Of a stretch of 43,479 bases of DNA, positions 42,992 through 43,479 are shown piece by piece. Numbering within the stretch: position 1 is the stretch's first letter; every line of letters starts with the position of its first letter. Both the position numbers and the translations under genes were made by a program. Origin of the DNA: an uncultured Solibacteraceae bacterium (lineage in GTDB: Bacteria; Acidobacteriota; Terriglobia; 20CM-2-55-15); assembly GCA_964541075.1 (NCBI GenBank), contig CAZIPZ010000003.1, forward strand, positions 1 through 43,479, written 5' to 3'. The notes below the pieces were generated by a model. That model searched no databases, was not told the origin of the DNA, and worked only from the letters and a program-made list of their open reading frames with translations.

Positions 42992-43479
42992 TGCGCATTC
43001 ATCTTCTACGTCACGGTGAGACTGCGTGGAACGCTGAACGCCGAATCCAGGGACAGGTCGATGTGCCTCTCAACGCAAACGGCATGCACCAGGCGCAGAG
43101 CTGGCGGAAGTACTTTTGCGGTATTCGATTGTCCGCTGTCTATTCGTCCGCGTTATCCCGCGCCATAGAAACCGCCTTTCATGCAACGGGCCGCGCCGCA
43201 TGTATGATCAACGACCTGAACGAACGTTGTTTTGGAGAATGGCAGGGGCAAGTGTGGACGGAACTCGAGAAGACGGTTCCGGGGTTCATGCATTACTGGC
43301 GATCATCGGCGTTCAAGCCGCCTGGCGGGGAAACTAGGGAAAGGCTGCATGCAAGGGTTCTTTCAGCGCTGGATTCCATACTCTCGCAGCATTCAACCGA
43401 TAGTGACATTTTGGTTGTCGGTCACGGTGGAAGCGCCAAAGCAATTATTGCTCACGCTACGGGTTGTCAGATCGAGGAC
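42991..43479 (+). CDS. histidine phosphatase (phosphoglycerate mutase-like) family protein, 3'-truncated by window end
   Basis: Hand translation gives [14 protein letters not shown]...SSALSRAIETA...VVGHGG.. (the RHG and second His motifs). There is no stop before 43479. The ATG shares one base with the pdxJ stop (TGATG). This ORF is not in the ORF track because it is open-ended. Confidence 0.8.
   Translation, partial: MRIHLLRHGETAWNAERRIQGQVDVPLNANGMHQAQSWRKYFCGIRLSAVYSSALSRAIETAFHATGRAACMINDLNERCFGEWQGQVWTELEKTVPGFMHYWRSSAFKPPGGETRERLHARVLSALDSILSQHSTDSDILVVGHGGSAKAIIAHATGCQIED

Noticed and set aside
1-43479. Search for CRISPR arrays, rRNA genes, intact IS elements, toxin-antitoxin pairs or recognisable phage-defence operons
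   Set aside because: I saw no regularly spaced direct repeats, no rRNA-like sequence, no intact transposase or integrase apart from the housekeeping Xer recombinase, and no small two-gene TA-like modules.

Overview
This is a chromosomal segment from a diderm bacterium, since lpxC and lpxD are present. Gene content and style suggest Acidobacteriota, but that is only my impression and is unverified. Most of the window is densely packed housekeeping DNA.

Layout:
- (a) 1.3-17.5 kb is a long minus-strand block: tRNA-Val, polA, comF-like, rlmH, a domain-minimal sigma-54 activator, rsfS, nadD, obg, rpmA, rplU, a Xer recombinase, a class IV aminotransferase, trmFO, accD, gltX, a HEAT-repeat protein and a CDF transporter. 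lpxC sits on the plus strand, divergent from polA.
- (b) 17.5-25.8 kb is a plus-strand block: acyl-CoA dehydrogenase, a DHH phosphoesterase, a rhomboid protease, Tex and two MacB/FtsX-type permeases.
- (c) 25.8-33.4 kb looks accessory: a GNAT, a two-subunit CoA-transferase, a stand-alone NRPS adenylation-thiolation (A-T) protein, a cytochrome P450, a CsbD-like protein, an orphan secreted protein and decayed mobile-element fragments.
- (d) 33.4-43.5 kb holds a TPR protein, a PilB/GspE-type secretion ATPase with an N-terminal cyclic-nucleotide-binding domain, fbp, a hemE-hemH-hemY-lpxD operon, a GT2 glycosyltransferase, pdxJ and a partial histidine phosphatase.

The loci most worth follow-up are:
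- The orphan A-T/P450 cassette. My manual extraction of the A-domain specificity code gives DAWFLGNVVK, which I recall as the canonical Leu code. That suggests hydroxylation of carrier-tethered leucine with no assembly line present. A near-consensus sigma-54 promoter lies upstream.
- The cNMP-domain::PilB/GspE fusion ATPase.
- A regulatory-domain-less sigma-54 activator embedded in the rsfS-rlmH ribosome-maintenance operon.

I saw no CRISPR array, rRNA, intact IS element or obvious defence system. All functional calls rest on motif recognition by eye. No database search was run.
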